64,000 nt of DNA. Source: an uncultured delta proteobacterium (GTDB taxonomy: Bacteria > Desulfobacterota > Desulfuromonadia > Desulfuromonadales > BM103). Of this stretch, positions 1 to 11,425 are shown one piece after another. The stretch lies in contig CAVQRZ010000002.1 in the NCBI GenBank assembly GCA_963715335.1, positions 17,458 to 81,457 of the forward strand, read 5' to 3'. The stretch's first letter is position 1. The number at the start of each line of letters is the position of its first letter. The translations under genes were made by a program, and so were the position numbers. A model generated the notes under the pieces. The model did no database searches and was not told the origin of the DNA. It worked only from the letters and a program-made list of their open reading frames with translations.

Positions 1-752
1 ACAGCCTGGCCCGGCAAACCGGCGTCGAGGTTTTCGTTGGCTACAACCACGTCGTCAGCTCTGTTGCCGACAAGGCGATCGAGCTCATCCCGCACCTGGG
101 GGCGGCTGAAACCCTTGACGTTGAATTCCGCGAACATTGGGGCGGGATTTTCACCGCTCACCCCTGGCTCGACGGGCCACAGGACAGCTACCTGGGTTTC
201 TGGCAGAAAGGCGGCGGTGCCAGCGGCGAGCATTCCCACGCCATCAACCTCTGGCAGCACCTGGCGCGCAGCCTGGGAGCCGGGCGTGTCACCGAGGTTG
301 ATGCGAGCCTGGAATACGTCAAAACCGACCTTGTCGACTACGACAAGCTCTGCCTGCTCAACCTGCGCACTGAAAACGGTCTGGTCGGACGCGTGGTCCA
401 GGACGTGGTCACCCGACCTGCACGAAAATGGGGCCGCATCCAGGGCAAGGACGGCTACATCGACATCACGATCGGCAGCGAAGACCGAATCCAGTGGCAG
501 TACGGCAGCAACCCGAAAGAAGAGATGGTCTTCAAAAAAACCCGCCCGGACGACTTTATCGCCGAGCTCAAGCACGTTGAGACAGTCCTCAAGGGGAGAC
601 CAGATAAAAGCTCGATTTCGCTGGAGTGCGGTCTCGATACCATGCTGATCGTCGCCGCCGCGCACCTGGCAAACAGTCACGGCAGACGGGTTTTGATCGA
701 CTATGCCAAAGGCTACTCTCTCGATGCACTGACGGTCGCATCGAAACAATAA
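1..752 (+). CDS. Gfo/Idh/MocA-family oxidoreductase, 5'-truncated by the window edge
   Basis: Frame starting at base 3 is open to the stop at 752: ...VFVGYNH...EFREHWGGIF...KGGGASGEHSHAINLW..., matching the GGGxxx(D/E)xxxH pattern of this family. Lies directly upstream of a neuB-like gene. Confidence 0.75.
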   Translation, partial: SLARQTGVEVFVGYNHVVSSVADKAIELIPHLGAAETLDVEFREHWGGIFTAHPWLDGPQDSYLGFWQKGGGASGEHSHAINLWQHLARSLGAGRVTEVDASLEYVKTDLVDYDKLCLLNLRTENGLVGRVVQDVVTRPARKWGRIQGKDGYIDITIGSEDRIQWQYGSNPKEEMVFKKTRPDDFIAELKHVETVLKGRPDKSSISLECGLDTMLIVAAAHLANSHGRRVLIDYAKGYSLDALTVASKQ

Positions 753-764
753 ACGGAGGACAAT

Positions 765-2312
765 GTGAACAAGAAATTTGACTTTAGAGATCTCCTGATC
801 CTGGACATGGCCAACAACCACCAGGGTGACGTGGAGCACGGGCTCAATATTGTTCGTTCCTTCGCCAAGGTCGTCAAGGATTGCAACGCGCGTGCCGCAC
901 TGAAATTCCAGTTCCGCCAACTCGATACCTTCATTCACCAGGAGCACCAGAAGAACAGCGACCACAAGCAGGTCCAGCGCTTCCTGTCGACGCGCCTGCC
1001 CTGGGACAAATTCCAGAGGCTGCTCGACGAGGTCCGTGCCCAGGGCATGGTCACCATGTGTACACCTTTTGACGAGGCCTCGGTCGACATCATCTGCGAT
1101 ATGGGTTTCGATGTGATCAAGGTGGCAAGTTGCTCGGGCAAAGACTGGCCCCTCCTCGAAAAAGTTGCCGATGCCGACAAACCGGTGATTTTTTCGACCG
1201 GCGGCCTGACCCTGCGTGACATAGACAACCTGGTCAGCTTCTTCCAGCACCGGGGGGTTCATTTCGCTATCATGCACTGCGTAGCGATCTACCCGACCCC
1301 CGACGCGAACATGAACATGCGTCAGATCGCCCTGTTGAAAAACCGCTATCCGGGCATTCATGTCGGCTGGTCCACCCACGAATCGCCATCGGACATGACC
1401 CCCGTGCAGCTGGCTGTCGCCCTGGGCGCAGAGCTGTTTGAGCGCCATGTCGGGATTGCGACGAAAGACTCACCACTCAATGCTTATTCATCGACACCGG
1501 AGCAGATCGGCGAATGGATCGTTGCCAAGCAGAGGGCCCAGGTGCTGTGTGGGCCAAAGCAACGCCAGCCGGCTTCTGACGCTGAACAGAACGCCATCGA
1601 TGGCCTGAAGCGCGGGGTTTATGCCAGGCGCAAGATCCGCAAGGGCGCCGTGATCGAAAGTGACCAGGTTTACTTCGCCATCCCTTATACCGACGGACAG
1701 CTCGATAGCGGCAAATTCAGGCCGGGCATCGTCAGCAAGGGCGATGTCGCTGCAAACAAGCCGATTTTCGAGGACAAGGTCGCCCTGCCCGGCTCTGAAG
1801 ACGAGCTGGTGATCAAGCATGCAGTCCATGAGGTCAAAGCGATGCTCAACGAAGCGAGAATTCACCTCGGCCCGGAGTTCAAGGTCGAATACTCGCATCA
1901 TTACGGGATTCCGAAGTTCCTTGAGACCGGTGCGGTCCTGATCGAATGCGTCACCCGTGACTACTGCAAAAAGCTTGTCGTGCAGTTGCCCGGCCAGAAG
2001 CATCCATCCCACTATCACGCTCTGAAAGAAGAAACCTTCCAGGTGCTCTACGGGCAGCTGGAATGCACCGTTGATGGTCATCACCGGACGCTCGTGCCCG
2101 GTGAAAGCGTGGTTGTCATGCCGGGGGTCTGGCACTCGTTCGGCACTGAAGACGGCGTCATCTTCGAGGAGATTTCCAGCCGTGATCACGACAACGACTC
2201 TTTCTACGAGGACAAGAGCATCAACAAACTGTCCAGGGCAGAGAGAAAGACCGTTGTCGACCACTGGGGACGTTTTCAGATCAAGGCCATGACGGGTCAG
2301 ACCAAGGCCTGA
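765..2312 (+). CDS. NeuB-family nonulosonic acid synthase with SAF domain and fused C-terminal cupin (D-lyxose/mannose isomerase-like)
   Basis: Motifs DMANNHQGD, KFQ, TPFD, KVAS, STGG, HCVAIYP, GWSTHE, ERHV. SAF-like RGVYARRKIRKG segment. Cupin QKHPSHYHALKEETF...PGVWHSF. GGAGG RBS before the GTG start. Confidence 0.9.
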   Translation: MNKKFDFRDLLILDMANNHQGDVEHGLNIVRSFAKVVKDCNARAALKFQFRQLDTFIHQEHQKNSDHKQVQRFLSTRLPWDKFQRLLDEVRAQGMVTMCTPFDEASVDIICDMGFDVIKVASCSGKDWPLLEKVADADKPVIFSTGGLTLRDIDNLVSFFQHRGVHFAIMHCVAIYPTPDANMNMRQIALLKNRYPGIHVGWSTHESPSDMTPVQLAVALGAELFERHVGIATKDSPLNAYSSTPEQIGEWIVAKQRAQVLCGPKQRQPASDAEQNAIDGLKRGVYARRKIRKGAVIESDQVYFAIPYTDGQLDSGKFRPGIVSKGDVAANKPIFEDKVALPGSEDELVIKHAVHEVKAMLNEARIHLGPEFKVEYSHHYGIPKFLETGAVLIECVTRDYCKKLVVQLPGQKHPSHYHALKEETFQVLYGQLECTVDGHHRTLVPGESVVVMPGVWHSFGTEDGVIFEEISSRDHDNDSFYEDKSINKLSRAERKTVVDHWGRFQIKAMTGQTKA

Positions 2313-2328
2313 TTGGGGACATCCCGGC

Positions 2329-3002
2329 ATGATCAAATGCGTCGTCTTTGATTTTGATGGCACCCTGGTCGACTCCAACGAGATCAAAAGAGAAGCCTTC
2401 TTTGAAATTGCTCGTCCCTGGGACTCTTCCGGAGAGGTCGTTGCAGAGGTTTTCGAGCGCTGGCCGGCCGCCAATCGCTATGAGAAAACCCGCAGGATTG
2501 CAGAAGAGTTGATCGACAGGAAGCTCTTGCCAGCCGACTCCCCGCTGGAATACTGGGCCGCGCGCCTGGCCGACGATTACACGGCAAGATGCGAAACAGC
2601 CATCGCCCGGTGCGCGGAGATGCCTGGCGCAACAGCCGCCCTGGAAAAGCTTTCCGGAACGGGCCTGCTTTTGTTCGTCAACTCAGCTACGCCGGTAATC
2701 CCCTTGCAACGGTGACGAAGTTGCGCAGCTGGGATCATTTTTTCCAGGCGGCCTACGGCGCAGAAGCGACGAAAGCCGAGAACCTCCTGAGTATTGCCAC
2801 AGCGTGCGGAGCAGACCGGACCGAAATGGTTCATGTCGGTGACCAGCTCGATGACCAGCGCGGTGCGGCACAATTCGGCTGCCACTTTGTCGCCATGACG
2901 GCAGGCAGGGCCGACTCGGCAGTCAGAAACAGCCCTCTGTGTGTAGAGGATTTGCGGGACCTGCCGGCCATTCTGGACAGAATATCCCGGGAGGCATCAT
3001 GA
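2329..3002 (+). CDS. HAD-superfamily phosphatase (one apparent frameshift near 2712)
   Basis: FDFDGTLVDS motif I in ORF 2329-2715. K and VGDQLDD motifs continue in ORF 2589-3002. Stop overlaps the next start (ATGA). Confidence 0.8.
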
Positions 3003-3715
3003 TCGACGGACAACGCATCCTTGTGGTCTGCCCCGCGCGTGGCGGCAGCAAGGGGATCCCATTGAAAAACCTGCAGCCTTTTCTCGGTGTGCCGCTGGTC
3101 GCTCGCGTCGGCCACCTGGTCAAGGAAATCCCTTCTATTGACCGGGCAATCGTCTCGACCGATTCAAAAGAGATCGCCGACGTAGCCAGAGATGCGGGCC
3201 TCGATGTGCCGTTCTACCGCCCGGAAGACCTCTCCGGCGACCGGATCTCCGATCTGGAGGTCCTGTCTCATGCACTGGTCGAAATGGAGCGACAGGACAA
3301 AGTGACCTACGACATTGTCGTCATGTTGCAACCGACCTCCCCGCTGAGACGCACAGAACACGTGAGCGATACAATCCGGATGCTGATTGACGGCGACTGG
3401 GACGCGGTCTGGACAGTCTCCGAAACAGACTCGAAGAATCATCCCCTGAAGCAGTTGACAGTAAGCGACGACCGCCTCGATTACTATGACCAGTCCGGCA
3501 AGCAGATCATCGCCCGCCAGCAACTGGTCCCCGTTTACCACCGCAACGGCGTCGCCTACGCGATCAGGCGCAACTGCTTGTTGGAACAGAAGAGCATCAA
3601 GGGAGAACGCACCGGGGCGCTGGTCCTGGAGGGGGACCTGGTCAGTATCGATACTTACTGGGATCTGGAGCTGGCGGAGTATATTTACATGAAACAACAA
3701 AGGGAGACCGGATAG
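2999..3715 (+). CDS. acylneuraminate cytidylyltransferase (NeuA-like CMP-nonulosonate synthetase)
   Basis: PARGGSKGIPLKN, VSTD, LQPTSPLR and SIDTYWD motifs; ATG at 2999. Confidence 0.9.
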   Translation: MIDGQRILVVCPARGGSKGIPLKNLQPFLGVPLVARVGHLVKEIPSIDRAIVSTDSKEIADVARDAGLDVPFYRPEDLSGDRISDLEVLSHALVEMERQDKVTYDIVVMLQPTSPLRRTEHVSDTIRMLIDGDWDAVWTVSETDSKNHPLKQLTVSDDRLDYYDQSGKQIIARQQLVPVYHRNGVAYAIRRNCLLEQKSIKGERTGALVLEGDLVSIDTYWDLELAEYIYMKQQRETG

Positions 3716-4691
3716 ATGGAATTTTCGCGAGAAAATTTTACAAAATATCCGTGTCTTCTTTGTGGGCACAACGAATTTGCTCACCTGATCGATCAGGTTG
3801 ACAGGCATCGCCTGCCCGTCTCGTTGAGCGTCTGTCGGAGATGCGGGCTTCGCCAGCTTAACCCCAGGATAGACGACGCAGGATTGGAACAATTCTACTC
3901 GTCAGAATATTACAAGCTCTACTCGATGGATAAGAGGGCCAAGAGTGACAAGTGGGTCAAGCGGAAACAAGGCATTGCCTCGGGGATCCTGGACGCCCTT
4001 GAAAAACACCGGCCCTTAAATGGCCTCAGGTTGCTGGATATCGGCTGCGGTCATGGGTTTCTCATTACTGAGGCCATGGCAAGAGGGGCATCGGTGTCCG
4101 GTGTCGAGCCTTCCGTCAAGCATGCGGCACGACTCAGCGAGAAAGGGTTCGAGGTGTTTACCGGGACCCTGGAGCAATTCGTCGCAAAGCAGTGCGGGCA
4201 GTACGACATTGTTACAAGCTCACATGTCCTCGAACACAGCAGCAATCCGGGACAGTTCCTTAAAGATGCAAGCGACTCTTCTGGCCAAGGACGGACTGCT
4301 GTGTGCCGAGGTCCCGAATGCTGACTGGCAAACGATCTACGGGAGGCACCCCGTTTCAATCCATACCGCCCACCTCTGTTACCACACAGAACGTTCTCTG
4401 AGGGCCCTTTTCGAGACCTCCGGGTTGAAAGTTCTGTCAACGACATATGGCCTCAATGGGGGCTCTGTCCGCGCCGTCAGCGTGCCTGGGCAGCCAGAGC
4501 CGTTGGAGAAAATGGATCTCGATGATCCAGAGGAAGTCCAGAGGGCAACATTGCTTGCGTTCAAAAGACATACCGCGGTCTGGCCCGTTAACAAGTTCTG
4601 GTATGTCATAAGAATGGCTCGCAAGGGGGTTGTTAAGTTTCGTTTTAAAAAAATGCAGAAAGCCGGTAGAGATAATCACTCGACACAGTAA
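3716..4691 (+). CDS. class I SAM-dependent methyltransferase with N-terminal Cys pairs (apparent frameshift near 4283)
   Basis: CLLC...CRRC, LLDIGCGHG and SHVLEH in ORF 3716-4324; GLLCAEVPN continues in ORF 4020-4691. Confidence 0.8.
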
Positions 4692-4787
4692 ATGCATGGC
4701 GTCTAATATTGGCAGAAGAAACTCGAGTAGCTTTAAACATTATGCATTTAAAGGAACATAAGCACTTAGGCCCCTCTACTGGCAAAC

Positions 4788-6039
4788 ATGAGTCGTTCTA
4801 ACGCGATTCGCAAAGGCACTCCCCTCAATAAAAGGCGCAAGTTGTTTTATAATCTAAAAAAAAATCTTGGCCTGCTTCTATGCAGGAACGTTAACAATAC
4901 TTGCCCCACTCTACAGGCTTGTTTTCAATATCACCAACAAGGCGCCTCAAGGAGAGGCCGCTCAAAAGGATTGTCCTCCTTGTCAGCAGGCCACAAGATG
5001 TTGATCTACTTATTGGCCTAAACGAAAATGCCCGCTCCCGAGACAATCTTTCCCTTTTCTTCTGGGTGACAAAAAATTGCGCCAGAAAATATCCAGAAGC
5101 CCTTCGCAAACTTGAAGAAAAAAATGCTGTCGTCGAGCAAGTCGTTAACTTCATCCACTTGGGTGGGATTTTAAACAAGCTCATGAGGATCGATGCTTTT
5201 TTGTCCACCGTGGAGTCGACCACGGCCAAAGGCAAACTGCCTTACATGATCACCAAACTGGCCAACGCAGCGAACGTCCAAACCTATACACTGCAACATG
5301 GCTTTGAGAATGTCGGTTTGAGTTATTGTGATGAGGTACACGGTCCCAAACATCAAGTTTGCGGCTAAAACCGTTCTCACATGGGGGCCAACGAATGAAC
5401 TACCTTCCTGGGTCGCAAAGGAGACCCGAGACAAATCTATTGCGGTAGGTTGTCCGAACATCCTTCTTGCTTCTCGAAAATGATCCGACAGTTAATATCG
5501 GGGAACACCCAATAATTGCAGTTTTTGACAACCTTCACTGGAACCGTTTTGATCAGGAGATATATCTCAACTTTTCTAGAACCACCTGGAAGAGATTTCT
5601 GAAGAACAAACAGGTTTTCGTTTCATTCTGAAGTCTCATCCTGCCTCAGCCAGAAACAGAAGTAGTGAACTTAAGAATAGGCTGTTCGCTATGAAAAGAG
5701 TCGTTGTTGCCGACATGTCTGACGAGGAACAAGCAACCTATGACGACCCCTTCGCTGATGTCGCGTGCGTTGGGTGTGATTACAACCCCGTCGACCATTG
5801 CGCTGGACGGAGCCTTAGCTGGAGTTCCTGTAGCCATAACCAGATATGGCTTAAATCTTGACTACTACTCCCCACTTAAGTTGCTTGACAATCTTGAGGA
5901 TTGGCACAGCTTCCTTGACAGCCTTACTGAGAGCAACGCCTACAAACTTCTGAAACTGAACGGCGAGCAGTTTTTGAAGCGGGTAATTGTCCCTGGGGAC
6001 CCTGCCGAAAAAATACTCGACTTGATGACCGGACATTAA
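4788..6039 (+). CDS. putative GT-B-fold glycosyltransferase / capsule biosynthesis protein, fragmented by several frameshifts
   Basis: Consecutive fragments give TLQHG, LTWG, FILKSHP (5622-5642) and VITTPSTIALDGALAGVPV. Located in the glycan locus. Start uncertain. Confidence 0.5.
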
Positions 6040-6835
6040 GTGATCAATGGACGTGTCTTGAACCTCACTAACGAATATTTCGTACAGTTGCAGTGACGAC
6101 GATAGTATCTCTCAGAAAAGGGTGTTTTTTCTGTAGACGATGTCTTATTCCAAGACTTAAAACCCCGCTTCTTAGGGTTTTTCAACGGTTTATGGCGAAC
6201 CAAGTAGATATCGTCAATTTCATATCCTGCCACTGTCAAGACCTTGGCGATGGAAAAAGGTGAGAACCAGTACCTGTGATCTGAATTTATTCTCTCCTGA
6301 TCATTTCTTGAATCCCTGTAATTTCGCTCACGCAAAGCATTGGGAACCGTCACAATCATGCGCTCTAACACCATGTGGAAAATGTTTTTGCCGCAGGGTG
6401 GTGAGAAAGCCCACCGGATTATCAACATGTTCAAGAATTTCCCCAAGCAAGAGAAAGTCAAAGGGTTGGTCGGCAGCAAGAGGGAGAGCCTCACAGGTAA
6501 GGTCACAACAAAATACATCCTCAACCCCCAGTGTTTTCTTCAGGTAAAGAATCCCTTCATCATTGATATCAATACCCACACATTGTTGTGCGACACCTGA
6601 AAGTCTACCGTGCAGCCAAGTCCCCCGGGCAGACTCCCGTTCGATCAAAGCAGCTGAATGGTCAACACAGCCGACATGCACGATTTTTTTGTCCGGCGAC
6701 GAGACGCTCTAAAAGGCTTATCCGATCAATTGTGCCACGATCCGCTGGATCATCTGTGGATATTAATTTCAGACAGTAATCATCATCAAAACGGCTTCCA
6801 TTCAGGAAGGGAATACTTTCAGGAAAGAGTTTCAT
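6036..6835 (-). CDS. class I SAM-dependent methyltransferase, frameshifted
   Basis: Reconstructed MKLFPESIPFLNGSRFDDDY... / VHVGCVDH...CVGIDI...FDFLLLGEILEHVDNP / MIVTVPNA...HRYWFSP across ORFs 6328-6681 and 6036-6524. Confidence 0.65.
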
Positions 6836-9251
6836 CGTCAAAGCCTCTGATTAAATGAAGATACTTGCCGGTAGCCCTATCAAGGGAGAACTCTTTACCC
6901 CTGGCGATAAGCTGATCCTTATTCACCCGAGTATCAAGAGCTTGTAATATTGCTGAAGCCAAAGACTTTTCATCGGACATTGGCACCAAGGTCCCGTATC
7001 GACCATTGTCAAGGATCTCCCTTGGGCCACTCGGGCAATCTGTGCTTACCACCGGGCAACCGCACGCCAGAGCCTCAATGAGCACCGTTGGCAGGCCTTC
7101 AAAGACCGAAGAGAGCACGAACAGCGAGGCACGGGCCATATATTGAAAAGGATTGTCGAGGAAGCCGGGCATTTCCAGGTCGGCAGAAATCCCCAACTCT
7201 TCAGCCTGACGGATCAGATTCTCACGCAGCTTCCCCTCCCCCAGGATCAATAAACGTACCGGGCGCTTCTCCCTGACAAGGGCAAAAGCTTTCAATAAGG
7301 TTGCATGATCTTTAGCCGGTTTGATCCCGCCAACAGTCAGTAGCACAGGGGGGCCATCACCGGAAAACCAGGGATGCGACAGGGGCTCTGCCGCCTGTTG
7401 AAAGAGTCGTTCGTTAACAACCGGGTTGTAAATAGTGGTAAAGCTTTCTATGGGAAGATTTAACGTCCTGGCCAAATCATCCGCAACCCCTTGAGAAACG
7501 GTGACGACAGAATCAGCCTGGGGATAAAAGCGACGGTCAACTTCAACCTGGGCTTTTATCCGAGGCTTTTTCGACCTGGCTATTTCCTCAGAAAGAGTGC
7601 TGTGAACCGTCAACACAACTCTGCTCTTCACCTTGGCAAGCTTGCGAGCCATAACTGCGACTGCGTTTGGGTAGTCCATAGAGGAAATCAGGGCGTCAGG
7701 GCGTTCTTTTTTTAGGTAATCGACCAAACGTGGCAAGGCACCTAACACGTAATGTGGGTTTTTACCAAGGACCATTTTCGTCCAAAACCAAGCATCCACA
7801 CCTAGCCTGTGAATCATCCGCCACGAGCCCCAGGCTGACCTGACCTTCAGGTCTACAACCTTTATTGCATGAGGGATCTGATCCAAGTAGTGCCCCGAGT
7901 AGCGCGCCATCACTAGGTCGACACGATGACCCTGTGCAACGAGGCCACAGCCAAGATTCAGAAGCACCCGCTCGGCCCCGCCACTACCTTCGAAAGACTT
8001 CACAAATAAAGCTATGTGCTTTGGAGTTTGCACGTCTGATGTGAGCGCTTCAGACAAGCCAGGTGCAAACGAACCTTCCGCGGCAGGGCATGGCATATTC
8101 TTATCAGGATTCATTTCATTCTGCATCTCTCCCCATCGGTTCAAAAAAACCTGATACAAGTCAGGATCTTCACTTACCAGTAATAATTCGTGGTTGGCAT
8201 GAAGTGAACGAACAGAGAAATTTAAACTGCCTACGGTTACCATTTGTCGTCCAGGCGAATCAATCAGCATAAATTTATTATGCATTGGCAACCCTTCCGG
8301 GTTTGTATAACGATTGAACATTATTCCACTTTGGAGCAACAACTTTTCTACCCAATGCGGCACCCTTCTGAGGGTGTCATGCGTGAGGACCTCAATACGA
8401 ACTCCTCTGTGAGACAGCTCACACAGGCGCCTGCAGATTCCACGATCACTCAGGTGAGAAACTGCCAAACGCAGAGTGCAACCGTTTTCCAACACATCAA
8501 ATAGTTCGTCGAATATATTCTTTTCTGATCTGGGGAAAAATAGAACCCGTGCTTTCCCTGAGAACAGAATTTTGTTGCTGGATGGCAGGAAACGCTCCCA
8601 GATACCGTGCTTCATTCGGTATATGCGATCCGCGTGGTCATACAGACCTTGGACAAGGACAGAATCACTTATTTCCAATAAAACGTTGTGCCCCCTGTCC
8701 TGATCACCAATCTCTCGGATTATAGCCGGGTCTTCCGGAAGGTTGCCGGAAGGATTGAATGTGCCTAACAGGGCATGAGGTGATGGGTGACTGAAGTAGT
8801 ATAATTTTTCGTGTAACCTGCATTTTCTTAGGAACCGGTTGTCAAATAGATTGTGGCTAAGAGGCCTCAAATTCTTCCCAGCGCGTTGTCGCCCTTCAGT
8901 AAGCCTATCACCCGACGGTTAATCGCGCCGGTGCGCGGATTACCTTCTACGGCCAATCGTACCTTGACCCCTCTTCTCGGAAGCTTGTAGCAGAGCTTTC
9001 GCCAAGGCCTCATCTCTAAAGTAGTAGGTTATCCAAAGGATTTCCCCACCAGACGGAACAGCATGAATCTTTTCCTCAAGCAGGTCGCGCAAGAATCTTG
9101 CCGGCCGATCCGGACCTCCCCAGTGAGTTAAAAAAAGGTCTTCTTGGGATTGAGAGCATGAATATTTCGGTAGAAGAGACAAAGTCACCTGACCATGAGA
9201 TAAAAAAGGTTTGACAGGTTCAGTTACGGTCGAGAATGAGAGAATCAACAT
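6819..9251 (-). CDS. phospholipase D-like (two HKD-type domains) fused to a GT4 glycosyltransferase; N-terminus split off by frameshift(s) near 8870-8970
   Basis: ORF 6819-8870 has LHEKLYYFS..GTFNPS and HNKFMLID..GSLNFS, followed in frame by GGAERV...KPAKD...SVFEGLPTVLIEALACGCPVVSTDCPSGPREIL. ORF 8940-9251 (ITYYFRDEALAKALLQA) resembles the start of a PLD domain. Confidence 0.75.
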
Positions 9252-9523
9252 TCATAAAATTATTTTTCAGCCTATGAGTCTCTGGATTGAGTGCTTAGGG
9301 GGAATTCTCACTTCAGCATATGTGATGGTAGCTTAAATGATCAGTTATTTAAATAATTTCTTGTTCTAAAGCTGATTAAAAGTATCGCAGAGAATCCAAT
9401 CATGCGAGGCACCGTTATGCTTCACAATAATCAATGAAAAATGTTAGTCTGCAAAATATCTCGCACATACAATGCGAATGAGTAGAATCTGCACAATTCA
9501 AAATAGAAAGTAGCTTGTTCAAG

Positions 9524-11266
9524 ATGCAGTTGATAATCAAATTCGCCCGAGCCTATCCCAGACAAAGTCTGATGATGTTACTTGCCCTGATCATGGCTGG
9601 CCTGGTCGAAGGCGTCGGCCTGACTGCTCTTTTGCCTTTGCTGCAAACAGCCATCGACATGCCTGCAGGTGCCACAGCCGATCCGGCTTCAGCCAACATT
9701 GCTGACAACTTCATCTGTTCGGCACTGGCACACATGGGTATCCCTGTCACTATCGGATCACTCTTGATGGTCATCCTCCTCGGAGCGATCCTAAGGAGCC
9801 TGCTGATCCTGATTGCTGACCGCAAGGTCGGCTACACGGTCGCCCACGTTGCCACCGACCTGCGCCTGGCCCTGCTCCGCGCGCTGCTCTCCACCCGCTG
9901 GGGCTATTTTCTCAATCAGCAGGTCGGCAGCATGGCCAACGCCGCCGGGACCGAGGTTATGCGTGCCGCGTCAGCCTACCTTTACGCTGCAGTCGCACTG
10001 GCCATGGCGATTCAGGTCTTTGCTTATTTCATAGTGGCCCTGCTGGTCTCCTGGCAAACCACCCTGCTCTTCATGACTATAGGCAGCATTATCTTGATTT
10101 TTCTGCACAGGATGGTCACCACGGCCAAGCGCGCCGGCAGACAAGCAGACCCGACTGCTGCAGTCGCTGCTTGCCAGAGCTTTCCGACAGCCTGCAATCT
10201 CTGAAAGCGTTCAAGGCCATGGGCCGCGAAAACCTCGCCGACGAACTGCTCTCATCGGACACCATGAAACTGAACAAGGCCCTGCGCAAGCAGGTTATCA
10301 GCAAGGCTTTTCTGCGGGGCACCCAGGAGCCTCTGATGATGCTCCTGGTGATCACCGGCCTCTACCTGATGCTGGTCACCATGGGCATGGACCTGCCGAA
10401 GGTCATGGTGCTCATCTTCCTCATGGCCCGCATGTTGAACGAGGCCGGCAAGGTGCAGCGCAAGTACCAGGAGATGGCGGTCTGTGAAAGCGCCTACTGG
10501 TCACTGCAGGATAAGATCAGCAAAGCCCAGCAACACGAGCGAACCACAGGGTGGTGATATTCCTGCAAGCCTGGAACGCGGGCATCACCCTGGACCAGGT
10601 TGATTTCGGCTACGGCGACCGGCTGATTCTGAAAGATGTTTCCCTGGAGATTCCGAGCCGTACCTTTACCTCGATCATCGGCCCTTCAGGTTCCGGGAAG
10701 ACCACCCTGGTCGACCTGATAACAGGACTCTTCCAGCCTGTCAACGGCCGGGTATTGATCGATGGCACCCCTCTGCCGGAGATTGCTTTGCGCAGTTGGA
10801 GACACATGATCGGCTATGTCCCCCAGGACACCATTCTGCTGCATGATTCGATTTTTGAGAATGTGACCCTCGGCGAGCCATCCTGGACTCAAGCGGATGT
10901 TGAAGAGGCCCTGAAAGGGGCCGGGGCATGGGACTTCGTCAGCGAGATGCCCGAGGGCATGCATACGATCGTCGGTGAACGCGGCTCCAAGGTATCAGGC
11001 GGACAAAGACAGCGGATTGCTATTGCCAGGGCCCTGATCCATCGAGCCGCAGCTACTGATTCTCGATGAAGCCACCAGCGCCCTGGACCCGCAGACCGAA
11101 GCCGAGATCTGCCAGACGCTGAAAAACTGCGCGGCACCTGACCATTCTGGCGATCAGCCACCAGACGGCCCTTGTCGAGGTGTCTGACCGGGTTTTCCGG
11201 ATTTCCGACGGCAGTATAACGCTAGTATCCTCCCCAAACGACTATAACGAATCAGAGCACAATTAA
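9524..11266 (+). CDS. ABC transporter permease/ATP-binding fusion (MsbA/PglK-like glycan flippase), several frameshifts
   Basis: TM-rich N-terminal fragments, then Walker A GPSGSGKT, YVPQD and SGGQRQRIAIARAL. LILDEATSALD and AISHQ follow in shifted frames; stop TAA at 11264-11266. Confidence 0.8.
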
Positions 11267-11425
11267 TAATGGCCCAACAACTTTTCAGTGGGACCTTTGA
11301 ATAAAAATCTGTTTGTTGGTTCGATAAAGGTGCAGCAAGGATGTGAAAAAAGGGACTCCCTTGTCATGGGATCTTCTTACCTGAAAATGGGTTTATGCCA
11401 GATATCGGCGCCCATCAGAGATTAA

